A stretch of DNA of 64,000 nucleotides from Actinomycetes bacterium (GCA_031272275.1 JAISUC010000023.1:4605-68604), one strand, 5' to 3'; counted from the first letter of the stretch, positions 8,826 through 18,168 are shown. Numbers and translations: made by a program. Notes: generated by a model from the sequence alone, not told the origin.

Positions 8826-10334
8826 GTGAGTACCATTGCAACCATAACGACGTCGTTCCTGCCGCCGTTTAACGGCTATGCGGTGCTGGTCGCACCTGCG
8901 CTGTTGATACTGGTCGCGTTTTTCAGCCTGTTTGCCGACAAGCTGCACGTGCCCGATCGTGCCGCCGCGGTGGTGGCGGCCGTGGTCGCCGCCGTCGGTG
9001 CCTGCTGGATGGCGCTGGGGGCAGACAACGTCATACTGTTCGGCTATCAGCTGGTTTATACGGGGGATGCCCGCTTTGCGGCAACCGCAATACTGGTGCT
9101 GGCCTGCGCCTGGTTTGTCTGGACGGCGGCTGCCGGCACCGGGCGCACGCGCGAGGCCACCGCGCTGGCGGCGCTCTCGGTTTCGGGGGCGGTGCTTGCG
9201 GTTGCGGCCTTGGATCTGATCGTTATGCTGCTGGCTTTGGAGTTGACCTCGATGCCGGCTTATGTGTTGATCGGGTATCGTCGCTACCGTATTCAGGGGC
9301 TGGAAGGCGCCTTGAAATATTTCCTGTTGTCGGTGCTGACTTCGCTCTTTATGATCTATGGTGCCAGTATGCTGTTCGGGCTGGCGGGTTCCACCCACTT
9401 TGCCGAACTCCGGGCTTTGACGCAAAGCCCGCTGTCACTGCTGGCGTTCGTGCTGCTGATTATCGGCTTGTTCGCGAAACTGTCCGCCGCCCCGTTTCAC
9501 TGGTGGGCCCCTGATGCCTATGCGGGATCCGAGCCCTGGACGGTCAGTTTTGCCGCGACTGTGCCGAAGTTCGCCGGCATTTTGGTCATCGTACGTTTGA
9601 TCCAGTTGGTCTCGACCGGGTTTTCGTTGGCGCAGTCGCTGCTGCTGATCGGTGCGGTCGCATCCATGGTGGTGGGAACCTTTGCCGCGTTGACACAAAG
9701 CGACACCCGACGCCTGCTGGCGTATTCGGGCGTCGTGAATGTGGGGTATATTTTGCTCGTCGTGGCGGCCAGTGCCGGTCCCGATGGGGCAACCTATTCG
9801 ACAATAGCCTTGGTGTCATCGGTGGTCTATGCGCTGGCCTATACGGCGGCGACCATGGGTGTGTTGTTGGTGGCATCCGGCGAGGGCGGCAGACTCAGCG
9901 ACCTGGCGGGTTTGTCCAAGCGGCGCCCGGCTGCGGCTTGGTGTCTGGCCCTGTTCGTGTTGTCGCTGATAGGGGTGCCGCCGCTGGCGGGATTCTTTGG
10001 AAAGCTTGAGCTGTTCATGACCGCATGGGCGGCGGGTCAGCAGGTCTTTGTGGTCATTGCCACTGTGGTCACCGTGGTCAGTGCGTTCTATTACATGCGC
10101 CTGATCAAGGCCGCTTTCTTTGATGAGCCGGAACGGCAGGTCGCAGCTTCTGAGGATTCGGCAGAGGACACGGCAGATGTCGCGCCGGATGTTGCGGCAG
10201 ACTCCGCCGCACCGGAGACGCCAACCCCCGCGCCCACCTCACGCGTCGGCGTCGGTGTGGCTTTGGGTATATTGCTCGCGGTCACGTTGCTGTTGGGGGT
10301 CTTGTCCGGCCCCATCATTACCTGGCTTACCTGA
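8826..10334 (+). CDS. nuoN: NADH-quinone oxidoreductase subunit N (C-terminal extension with extra hydrophobic segment)
   Basis: Antiporter-like fold, WAPDAYAGSEPWTVSF motif; last gene of the operon. Confidence 0.8.
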   Translation: MSTIATITTSFLPPFNGYAVLVAPALLILVAFFSLFADKLHVPDRAAAVVAAVVAAVGACWMALGADNVILFGYQLVYTGDARFAATAILVLACAWFVWTAAAGTGRTREATALAALSVSGAVLAVAALDLIVMLLALELTSMPAYVLIGYRRYRIQGLEGALKYFLLSVLTSLFMIYGASMLFGLAGSTHFAELRALTQSPLSLLAFVLLIIGLFAKLSAAPFHWWAPDAYAGSEPWTVSFAATVPKFAGILVIVRLIQLVSTGFSLAQSLLLIGAVASMVVGTFAALTQSDTRRLLAYSGVVNVGYILLVVAASAGPDGATYSTIALVSSVVYALAYTAATMGVLLVASGEGGRLSDLAGLSKRRPAAAWCLALFVLSLIGVPPLAGFFGKLELFMTAWAAGQQVFVVIATVVTVVSAFYYMRLIKAAFFDEPERQVAASEDSAEDTADVAPDVAADSAAPETPTPAPTSRVGVGVALGILLAVTLLLGVLSGPIITWLT

Positions 10335-10459
10335 GCGCTCGGCTGATGCCACATCTCTGCGTCGTTCATCGGTGCAGATTCACCGAGACGCCAGAAAGCT
10401 CAAGCCACCCTGAGCGGATTCGCGTGAATTCTGTAATCCGTCCAATCCGACGCCGGTTC

Positions 10460-10474
10460 GGGACGCACTCCCCC
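10460..10474 (+). repeat. dispersed 15-mer GGGACGCACTCCCCC (family C, copy 1)
   Basis: Exact 15-mer followed by TGATTG. Further copies at 26705, 27897, 39614 (one mismatch), 52203, 58088; degenerate at 17706 and 57027. Confidence 0.8.
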
Positions 10475-10594
10475 TGATTGTCACCCCGGTGGTTTGCTAT
10501 CATAGGAAACCACGGGGGTAAAGGTCCCTTAAACGGGTTAATGACGGGCTACAAGGCGTGAGAGCAGGTTACACAAAAAAGGGGGGGTATTGAT

Positions 10595-11476
10595 ATGGGT
10601 TTTCATCTGGTGAGCGACAGCTCGAGCAATCTGCCGAAAGAGGTGATCGACGAATTCGGCATCACGATTATCCCGACGCCGTATTATCGCGAGGGGGAGG
10701 ACGCCGAGTTTCGAAGCGACCTGGTTAATCAGACGGTGGACATGAAGGAATTTTTCGAGGGTATGGAGCGCGGCGAGGTGTTCAAGACTTCGCTGATCAC
10801 CTATGCGGTCTGCGAGGAATACCTGGGGCCGCTGTTGCGCGATACGGATGAGGACATTTTGTACATCGTGTTTTCCAGCGGGCTGACCGGGACCTATGAG
10901 GTCGTGCGCGGCTATTTCCGTGAACAGGCAGACCGCTATCCGGGGCGCAAGCTGATTGCGATTGACTCGCTGGCCGCCAGTCTGGGGATGGGGCTGATAG
11001 TGTATAAAGCCGCGTGCCTGCAGCGTGACGGAGCGGATATCGACGAGGTTGCGACGTGGGTGCGCGAGCACGTGCTGGAAAGTTGCCACTGGTTTACGGT
11101 GAGTGACCTGAAATACCTGCGGCGTGGCGGGCGCATCAGCGGCGCGTCGGCCGCGGTGGGAACCATGCTGGACATCAAGCCGGTTATGCATGTCAACAAC
11201 GAGGGCAAGCTGGAACCGGTCGAAAAGGTACGCGGACGGCGCAAGAGCATCAATGCACTGGTCGACCACATGGCGGCGACCGCGTTTGAGCCGGTGGCCG
11301 ACCAGGACGTGTTCATCGTGCACGGGAATTGCCCGGATGACGCCGAATACCTGCGCGCACAGGTCGAGGAACGTATGGGTGTCACGAAGTTTTTGATTAA
11401 CTATCTGGATCCGGTGATTGGCGCGCACTCGGGACCGGGGACTTTGGCCTTGTTCTTTATGGGACATCCCCGGTAG
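10595..11476 (+). CDS. DegV family fatty-acid-binding protein
   Basis: Full-length DegV fold signature; strong RBS AAAAAAGGGGGGG upstream of ATG 10595. Confidence 0.75.
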   Translation: MGFHLVSDSSSNLPKEVIDEFGITIIPTPYYREGEDAEFRSDLVNQTVDMKEFFEGMERGEVFKTSLITYAVCEEYLGPLLRDTDEDILYIVFSSGLTGTYEVVRGYFREQADRYPGRKLIAIDSLAASLGMGLIVYKAACLQRDGADIDEVATWVREHVLESCHWFTVSDLKYLRRGGRISGASAAVGTMLDIKPVMHVNNEGKLEPVEKVRGRRKSINALVDHMAATAFEPVADQDVFIVHGNCPDDAEYLRAQVEERMGVTKFLINYLDPVIGAHSGPGTLALFFMGHPR

Positions 11477-11664
11477 GGTAACCGGGATGCTGCAAACGGC
11501 GCCACAGGATGACGATGTGGCGGTGTTGTTTTCCGGATTTGAGTACTCACGTAGGTCTACTACGCTCCGTGCTCAAATCCGAAAAACGCCTACCCACATC
11601 GCCCCCTGAGGCGCCGATCCTGAGGTGCCGCCCAAAAAAAGAAACACCTGAGAGGAGATTTTGC

Positions 11665-12645
11665 TTGACTACCGAAACATTTCGAATCCCCGCCGACGTC
11701 GAGCCGCTGGACCTGCTGGGCATGCGCGACAACCACCTGCGGATGATTGATGCCGCATTCGAGGCTGATGTCAGCGCCCGCGGAAACGAGATCACCGTCG
11801 AATCCGACGACGAATCCCAGGTGGGCGTGGTGACCGGTCTGTTGGCCGATCTGGTCGCACTGGCCAGGCGTGGCGAACAGCTGACCGACGCGGTGGTCGA
11901 ACAGTCCATCGAGGCCATCCGCCACGGCGAAATGCGCCCCGCACAGCTGCATTCCGAGGTGATCACCACCTATCGCGGCAAAGCGGTCCGCCCCAAAACC
12001 GCAGGTCAGAAACGCTACATCGACACGGTGCGTTCGCACACCATCACATTCGGCATCGGACCTGCCGGCACGGGCAAAACCTACCTGGCTATGGCACTGG
12101 CAGTCGAAGCCCTGAAACGCAAAGAGGTCAGCCGCCTGATTCTGACCCGACCCGCTGTCGAGGCCGGCGAAAACCTGGGATTTCTGCCCGGCACGCTGAC
12201 CGAAAAGGTCGACCCCTACCTGCGCCCGCTGTACGACGCGCTGCTGGACATGATGGACCCGGAAAAATCGGCGGCACTGGTCGAAAAAGGCGTGATCGAA
12301 ATCGCGCCGCTGGCATTCATGCGCGGGCGCACGCTGAACGACAGCTTCGTCATCCTGGACGAGGCGCAAAACACCACCACCGCCCAAATGAAAATGTTCC
12401 TGACGCGCCTGGGCTTTAACGGGCGCATGGTGGTGACCGGCGACGCCACCCAGGTCGACCTGCCGCGCGGACGCAGCGGACTGGTGGGCATCGAGGACAT
12501 CCTGGGCAACGTCAAAGACGTCGGATTCAGCTACCTGACAGGCAAAGACGTCGTACGCCACCGGCTGGTCCAGCGCATCGTCGAGGCCTACCGGGTGCAC
12601 GAGGCCGGAGCCGAGCAGCTGGAACTGCCCATGAACCGCCCATGA
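11665..12645 (+). CDS. phoH: PhoH-like ATPase (YbeZ-type)
   Basis: Walker A GIGPAGTGKTYLAMA and PhoH signature LTRPAVEAGENLGFLPG. TTG 11665 follows RBS GAGGAG; the upstream part of track ORF 11509 has no support. Confidence 0.8.
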   Translation: MTTETFRIPADVEPLDLLGMRDNHLRMIDAAFEADVSARGNEITVESDDESQVGVVTGLLADLVALARRGEQLTDAVVEQSIEAIRHGEMRPAQLHSEVITTYRGKAVRPKTAGQKRYIDTVRSHTITFGIGPAGTGKTYLAMALAVEALKRKEVSRLILTRPAVEAGENLGFLPGTLTEKVDPYLRPLYDALLDMMDPEKSAALVEKGVIEIAPLAFMRGRTLNDSFVILDEAQNTTTAQMKMFLTRLGFNGRMVVTGDATQVDLPRGRSGLVGIEDILGNVKDVGFSYLTGKDVVRHRLVQRIVEAYRVHEAGAEQLELPMNRP

Positions 12646-13055
12646 TAGTCCAGGTCAACAACGAATGTCCGGGTTTCACGGCGGGGGAGCGGGATGTCTG
12701 CACCGTGTTTGCCATCGCCGGGGCCGACCCCTTGACCGAAACCGCGACGCTGCACCCGACTGATGACACCACCGTGTCGGTGACCTTTGTTGATGACGAG
12801 CAAATGCGCGCCCTGAATGCCGAATACCGCGGGATTGATGCCACGACCGACGTGCTGTCCTTCCCGCTGGATGACACCGAATTGCTGGGTGACATCGTGG
12901 TGTCCCCGGCCCAGACCGACGACATACCGCTGATGCTGGTGCATGGCTACCTGCATCTGTGCGGCTATGATCACGAAACCGACGACCAGGCAGCCGAAAT
13001 GGACGCCGTGACCGACCGCATATTGAAACAATGGCGCAGCAGCACCAATCACTGA
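12642..13055 (+). CDS. ybeY: endoribonuclease YbeY (rRNA maturation factor)
   Basis: HGYLHLCGYDHE zinc-binding motif; overlaps the phoH stop; conserved phoH-ybeY order. Confidence 0.8.
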   Translation: MIVQVNNECPGFTAGERDVCTVFAIAGADPLTETATLHPTDDTTVSVTFVDDEQMRALNAEYRGIDATTDVLSFPLDDTELLGDIVVSPAQTDDIPLMLVHGYLHLCGYDHETDDQAAEMDAVTDRILKQWRSSTNH

Positions 13056-13411
13056 CGGCATCGTTTGCGGCGGCCATCCGGGGGCTGGTGACGACCGTTC
13101 GCACCCAGCGCAACTTTCGCATCGAGCTGGCGATCGCCGCGCTTGCGCTGATTCTGGCGGCGGTCCTTGAGCTCTCGCGCATCGAGTGGCTGGTGCTGGT
13201 GCTGACCATCGCGCTGGTGCTGGCGTGCGAACTGCTGAACACCGCCCTGGAATCGACGGTCGACCTGGCCTGCCCCGACCTGCATCCGTTGGCAAAACGC
13301 GCGAAAGACGCCGCCGCCGCTGCCACACTGACCGCCGCCGCTCTCGCTTTGATTATCGGCGTCCTTATCTATATACCTCGAATCTTGAAAGTGCTGGGAC
13401 TGACACCATGA
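13031..13411 (+). CDS. dgkA: diacylglycerol kinase / undecaprenol kinase family
   Basis: Small three-TM protein with DgkA-like N-terminus (AIRGLVTTVRTQRNFRIELAIAA); in the ybeY-dgkA-era cluster. Confidence 0.7.
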   Translation: MAQQHQSLTASFAAAIRGLVTTVRTQRNFRIELAIAALALILAAVLELSRIEWLVLVLTIALVLACELLNTALESTVDLACPDLHPLAKRAKDAAAAATLTAAALALIIGVLIYIPRILKVLGLTP

Positions 13412-14319
13412 CCGACTTCATCGAACATTCCGGTTTCATCAGCTTGGTGGGCCGCCCGAACGCCGGCAAATCGACGCTCACCAACGCATTGGTGGGCGCC
13501 AAGGTCGCCATCACCAGCGACACGGCGCAAACGACCCGCCACCGCCTGCGTGCGGTGCTGAACACCCCCGACGCGCAGCTGATTTTCGTCGACACGCCCG
13601 GCCTGCACAAGGCCCACGATGCCTTGGGCGAAGAGGTCAACCGCAGCACCTTCAAAGCGCTGGAAGACACCGACGTGCTGGCACTGCTGATTGATGCCTC
13701 GCAACCGGTGGGATCCGGTGACAAATGGATCGCCGGCCTGTTGCAACAGATGGGACAACACGTCCCAACCATCCTGGTGCTGACCAAAACCGACCTGGTT
13801 GACAGCGAGGCGCTGGCACAACAGCGCGCTCTGGCAGCCCGTCTGGGGGATTTCACCCGCATCATCGAACTGTCCGCGAAAACCGGTCAGAACCTGACCG
13901 ATTTCGTGGCGGCGGCAACCGCGCTGTTACCCGCCGGTCCCCGCTGGTTTCCCGCCGACATGCAAACCGACCAGCCCATCGAGGTCATGGTCGCCGAGTT
14001 CATCCGCGAAAAGGCGTTGCGCAGCACTTTTGACGAGGTTCCGCACGCCGTGGGCGTCGCCGTCGAGGAACTGACCCAGGACGCCGACCACAACCTGACC
14101 CGCATCCAGGCGGTGCTGTACGTGGAACGCGAAAGCCAAAAGGGCATCATCGTGGGCAAAGGGGGGGGGACCATCAAAGCCATCGGCAGCGCCGCGCGCC
14201 TCGACTTGGAACAGCTCTTCGGCACGCGCGTCTACCTGGACCTGCGGGTCAAGGTCCGCAAAAACTGGCGGCGCGACGCCGCACAAATCAGACGCTTCGG
14301 CTATGGTGAGGCCGGCTAG
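13408..14319 (+). CDS. era: GTPase Era
   Basis: G1 GRPNAGKSTL, DTPG, TKTD motifs and C-terminal KH domain; ATG 13408 overlaps the dgkA stop. The track ORF's upstream extension is out-of-frame overlap with dgkA. Confidence 0.85.
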   Translation: MTDFIEHSGFISLVGRPNAGKSTLTNALVGAKVAITSDTAQTTRHRLRAVLNTPDAQLIFVDTPGLHKAHDALGEEVNRSTFKALEDTDVLALLIDASQPVGSGDKWIAGLLQQMGQHVPTILVLTKTDLVDSEALAQQRALAARLGDFTRIIELSAKTGQNLTDFVAAATALLPAGPRWFPADMQTDQPIEVMVAEFIREKALRSTFDEVPHAVGVAVEELTQDADHNLTRIQAVLYVERESQKGIIVGKGGGTIKAIGSAARLDLEQLFGTRVYLDLRVKVRKNWRRDAAQIRRFGYGEAG

Positions 14320-14332
14320 GGCGCACACCGCT

Positions 14333-14959
14333 ATGCCCAGCTACCACGCACACGTCCTGGTCCTGAAAAAGACCAAACTCGGCGAAACCGACGTCATTTG
14401 CACTCTGCTCAGCGCTGACGGCTCGCAACTGCGCGCCGTGGCAAAGGGCGCGCGCAAACCGACCTCGAAAATGTGCGGGCTGACCGAGCCCTTCTGCGTG
14501 CTGGACGCACTGCTCTATACCGGGCGCAACTTGGACGTTATCCGCGACGCCACGCTGACGCACGCTAACGCGGCCCTGCGCAGCGACTACGACAAACTGC
14601 AGCCGGCCTGCGTCGTCCTGGATTTCTTGGCGCAATCGACCGAGGTGGGGGAGTACGTCCCGCGCCTTTTTGATTTGACGCTGGCCACCCTGGACGTGAT
14701 GGCGTCGGCTCCGCCGGACCGTTGTCCACAGCTGATGGTGGCTTTTCTGCTGAAGGCCATGGCGATGCTGGGTTATTCGCCCCAATACGACATCTGCGCC
14801 AAACATCGCTGGCTGGGCCAGTTGTTTGTGTCGACCATGGCACAGGTGGCCGATTTCGACATCCCGCAGCGCACCCGTGATGTGCTGCCGCGGTATGTGA
14901 CGCAGTTTGTCAGAAGGCATATGCCTGCGCGTATCCGCACCCTCGATGCGTACAGCTGA
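14333..14959 (+). CDS. recO: DNA repair protein RecO
   Basis: Conserved era-recO order; N-terminal OB-fold-like YHAHVLVLKKTKLGETDVICTLL. An alternative ATG 14303 overlaps era. Confidence 0.75.
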   Translation: MPSYHAHVLVLKKTKLGETDVICTLLSADGSQLRAVAKGARKPTSKMCGLTEPFCVLDALLYTGRNLDVIRDATLTHANAALRSDYDKLQPACVVLDFLAQSTEVGEYVPRLFDLTLATLDVMASAPPDRCPQLMVAFLLKAMAMLGYSPQYDICAKHRWLGQLFVSTMAQVADFDIPQRTRDVLPRYVTQFVRRHMPARIRTLDAYS

Positions 14960-14992
14960 TGGTGTATTTCGGTGTCGGGCGGCGGAACCATG

Positions 14993-15263
14993 CAAAACCG
15001 CGTAGGATAACTACGCTGGGTTTTGCAGAACCCTTGCCCTCCTAGAACTACACTCATCAGCTGTACGCATCGCTTGGTTGCAGGCTGACGGCACATTTCT
15101 TTGTCGTTCAGTGGTCAGACACAAAACCGCGTAGGAAAACTACGCTGGGTTTTGTGTCTGCCTTGAACTCCTCGAACTGTGCTCGCCAGCTGTACGCATC
15201 GCTTGGTTGCAGGCTGACGGCACATTTCTTTGTCGTTCAGCGGTCAGACACAAAACCGCGTAC
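14993..15263. repeat. tandem direct repeat, period about 129 bp (about 2.1 copies) with long hairpins
   Basis: CAGCTGTACGCATCGCTTGGTTGCAGGCTGACGGCACATTTCTTTGTCGTTCAG.GGTCAGACACAAAACCGCGTA occurs at 15058 and 15187. Hairpin CAAAACCGCGTAG..CTACGCTGGGTTTTG at 14997 and 15126. Confidence 0.8.
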
Positions 15264-15272
15264 TTTCAGTGG

Positions 15273-15318
15273 CGTCATTGCGAGGGCGGCTTTTTTTGCC
15301 GCCCGCGGCAATCCACAC
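15273..15318 (+). repeat. family B nested palindromic element (GTCATTGCGAG..GC-rich hairpin..GGCAATCCA)
   Basis: CGTCATTGCGAGGGCGGCTTTTTTTGCCGCCCGCGGCAATCCACA; inner stem GGGCGGC/GCCGCCC, outer ATTGC/GCAAT. Confidence 0.8.
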
Positions 15319-15440
15319 GAGCAAAGCGGCTGTTTGAGCCGCTTTGCGAGTTTAATGCTATCGTGCGTGTTTTCCGCACGATACATTGTTCAGCGGTCGT
15401 GTTACGATATTCGCGCTGAATAATCGGAAAGGGGACGGGT

Positions 15441-16478
15441 ATGCGTGCATTCGGAAGCGACAACTACAGCGGGGCGCACCCGGCGGTGCTGGCTGCACTG
15501 CAACAGGTAAACGCCGACCACGTCGTGGCATACGGCGACGACCCGTATACGGCATCGGCGGTCGAAACGCTGCAAAAACACCTGGGTTGCGACACGCACA
15601 TCCGCTTTGCCTTCAACGGCACCGGCGCGAACATCACCGGTCTTTCAACCCTCCTGCGCCCTTGGGAAGCCGTCGTCTGTGCCGACACGGCGCATATCCA
15701 CACCGACGAGGGCGGGGCCGCCGAACACATCGCCTCGATGAAACTGCTGACCATACCGACCGACGATGGAAAGCTCACTCCGGCGGCATTGGCACCCGTC
15801 TTGGACCACTACATCGGTTTCGAACACGCCCGTCAGCCGCGGGTGGTCTCGATCACGAACCTGACCGAGCTCGGCACCTTGTACATGCCCGCCGAAATCC
15901 GCGCGCTGGCCGACTACGTCCATTCCCGCGACCTGTATCTGCACTGTGACGGCGCACGCTTGGCGAATGCGGCTGCTGCTGCGGGGGTAACACTCGCAGA
16001 CATATCCGGTAACGCCGGTATCGACGTCATGACGCTGGGCGGCACGAAAAACGCGATGCTCTTTGGCGAGGCCGTGGTATTTTTCGGTGCCGCCGCCGAA
16101 ACGGCACGCGACATTTCGTTTTACGTCCGCAAAGAATCCGCACAGCTCGCCAGCAAAATGCGCTATCTGGCCGCCCAGTTCAGCGCGATGTATGCCGGCG
16201 ACCTGTGGTTGGAATGTGCCGCGCACGCAAACGCCATGGCACACCGTCTGGCGACGGGACTGCGCGCGGCAGGGGCGGATTTCGCCTACAGTCCGGACGG
16301 CAACGAGGTCTTTGCGCTGCTGCCGCACGCCGTGGTGGCGCCGCTGCAGGAACGCTTCCATTTCTACACCTGGGAGGAACGCGCAGACGACATCGACGTG
16401 GTCCGCTGGGTCTGCAGCTGGGACACCACCGCAGACGAGGTCGACGAGCTGCTGGCAGCGATCGTCGCGGTCCTGTAG
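15441..16478 (+). CDS. ltaE: low-specificity L-threonine aldolase family (PLP-dependent)
   Basis: FGSDNYSG, YGDDP, HCDGARL and TLGGTK (PLP lysine) motifs align to the LtaE family. Confidence 0.7.
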   Translation: MRAFGSDNYSGAHPAVLAALQQVNADHVVAYGDDPYTASAVETLQKHLGCDTHIRFAFNGTGANITGLSTLLRPWEAVVCADTAHIHTDEGGAAEHIASMKLLTIPTDDGKLTPAALAPVLDHYIGFEHARQPRVVSITNLTELGTLYMPAEIRALADYVHSRDLYLHCDGARLANAAAAAGVTLADISGNAGIDVMTLGGTKNAMLFGEAVVFFGAAAETARDISFYVRKESAQLASKMRYLAAQFSAMYAGDLWLECAAHANAMAHRLATGLRAAGADFAYSPDGNEVFALLPHAVVAPLQERFHFYTWEERADDIDVVRWVCSWDTTADEVDELLAAIVAVL

Positions 16479-16502
16479 CGGCGGGGAAACGGGGTCGACA
16501 TC

Positions 16503-17255
16503 ATGCCCGGATTGGGAGTCATCGTAAACGTCGCCGCGGTTATCGTGGGCTCGGTCATCGGAACGCTGGCGGGCCGTGCCCTGCCCCAGCGTTTGCACAA
16601 AGGGGTGGTCCAGGCGATGGGCCTGGCAACACTCGCAATCGGTGCGGTCAACGCGGTCCCGGCGCTGACAAAGCTGAATGCGGCAGACGGCGCCATCGGC
16701 AGGTTTGCGCTGCTGATATTCGTCGGCAGCCTGATCATCGGCGCCTTTGTCGGCGAGGCCTTTTGCATCGAATGCCACCTGGAAAACTTCGGCGACTTCC
16801 TGAAACGCAAATTCGTGAAATCCGGCACCGGCGACACGTCAGCCGACGCCGCCGACGGGCGCGCCCTGGTCGAGGCCTTTATGACCGCGACCTTGATCTA
16901 TTGCGTCGGTGCGATGACCGTCATCGGATCCATCCAGGACGGTTTGGGTAACCCGGGCATCCTCTACGTGAAAGCCCTGCTGGACGGCACCATCTCGCTG
17001 TTTCTGGCGTCCACGCTGGGCTACGGCATCGCGCTTTCCGCCATCCCGGTGCTGATTCTGCAGGGGGCGATAGCGCTCCTCGCCTTTTTTGCCGGAAACA
17101 TCATTCCCGACATTGCAATTACCGCCATCGAAGCGGTCGGCGGGACCCTCATTATCGGCATCGGCGTCAATCTGGCGCTGGATACGAAACTCAGACTCGG
17201 GAATATGCTCCCCGCGGTGTTCATAGCCATGGCAGCGGTTTGGATTCTGGCATGA
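16503..17255 (+). CDS. DUF554 family membrane protein (YqgA-like)
   Basis: Multi-pass membrane protein with DUF554-like N-terminus (VNVAAVIVGSVIGTL). Confidence 0.6.
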   Translation: MPGLGVIVNVAAVIVGSVIGTLAGRALPQRLHKGVVQAMGLATLAIGAVNAVPALTKLNAADGAIGRFALLIFVGSLIIGAFVGEAFCIECHLENFGDFLKRKFVKSGTGDTSADAADGRALVEAFMTATLIYCVGAMTVIGSIQDGLGNPGILYVKALLDGTISLFLASTLGYGIALSAIPVLILQGAIALLAFFAGNIIPDIAITAIEAVGGTLIIGIGVNLALDTKLRLGNMLPAVFIAMAAVWILA

Positions 17256-17342
17256 CGGCACCTGCGCATTGTTTCTCTCGCTTCGTTTGTGTTCTGCCAA
17301 ACAACACAGCCAAATCGGTCATCTGTGGCGTTGCATAACATA

Positions 17343-18122
17343 ATGGCTACCTATTCATTCAAATTAGCTTACAACGGTGCGAACTATGCCGGTTTCGCCA
17401 AACAAGGCGGGGGAGTAACCACCGTCCAGGGCACGGTGGATGCGGCGTTGGCGGCGGCTCTCCGCCTCCCCGATGTCCCGACTGTGTGTGCGGGGCGCAC
17501 CGACGCCGGGGTACACGCCGCAGGTCAGGTCGTGAGCTTTGAGGTGGGCAGTGAACTGACCGGCGACGACTTACGGACACTGATGCGCTCGTTGAACGCG
17601 CTGACCCCGCCGGATATCGCCATCCGCGACCTGCGGCGGGAACACGACGGCTTTTCGGCACGTTTCGACGCCCGGGCGCGCCACTATTGTTACCGAATCG
17701 CGTGCGGGGCCACTCCCCCTGTGTTTAGTGCGGCTTACGCCTGGCATGTGCCGCGGCAGCCGGACGTGCAGGCGATGCAACAGGCGGCACGGCACCTGGT
17801 GGGCGAGCACGATTTCCGCAGTTTTTGTGTGGCGACATCGGCGCGGATGCTGCAGGAGGACGGGCGCAGCACCTGTCGGCGCGTCGATAGCGTACAAGTG
17901 GCAGATGACGTACTGTTCGGCGAGCCGCTGCTGACGATAGATGTGACCGGAAACGCGTTTTTGCATTCGATGGTCCGCGTGATGGTGGGCACCTTGGTCG
18001 AGGTGGGTTTGGGTCGCATGCCCGCAGACGCCATTCCCGACGTTTTGGCGGCGGGGGATCGCCGGGCCGCCGGCCCCACCGCCCCTGCACACGGCCTGAT
18101 GTTGGTGGACGTTACGTACTGA
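17343..18122 (+). CDS. truA: tRNA pseudouridine(38-40) synthase
   Basis: RTDAGVHAAGQVVSF catalytic-Asp motif and TruA-like length; ATG 17343. Confidence 0.8.
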   Translation: MATYSFKLAYNGANYAGFAKQGGGVTTVQGTVDAALAAALRLPDVPTVCAGRTDAGVHAAGQVVSFEVGSELTGDDLRTLMRSLNALTPPDIAIRDLRREHDGFSARFDARARHYCYRIACGATPPVFSAAYAWHVPRQPDVQAMQQAARHLVGEHDFRSFCVATSARMLQEDGRSTCRRVDSVQVADDVLFGEPLLTIDVTGNAFLHSMVRVMVGTLVEVGLGRMPADAIPDVLAAGDRRAAGPTAPAHGLMLVDVTY

Positions 18123-18139
18123 TTCGGTCCTGATGCGGC

Positions 18140-18168
18140 TTGACAGCGTCGGCTGGGGCTGTCATACT
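18140..18168 (+). promoter_or_regulatory. putative sigma70-type promoter of the infC-rpmI-rplT operon
   Basis: TTGACA (18140-18145), 17-nt spacer, CATACT (18163-18168). Confidence 0.35.

Noticed and set aside
13186-13407. Upstream extension of the era ORF (377-aa version).
   Set aside because: Overlaps dgkA in another frame with an Arg/Gly/Ala-rich translation. Era homology begins at ATG 13408, which overlaps the dgkA stop.
15154-15423. Small + strand ORFs (89 and 70 aa) inside the 129-bp tandem repeat region.
   Set aside because: Generated by the repeat units; no RBS and repetitive low-complexity translation.
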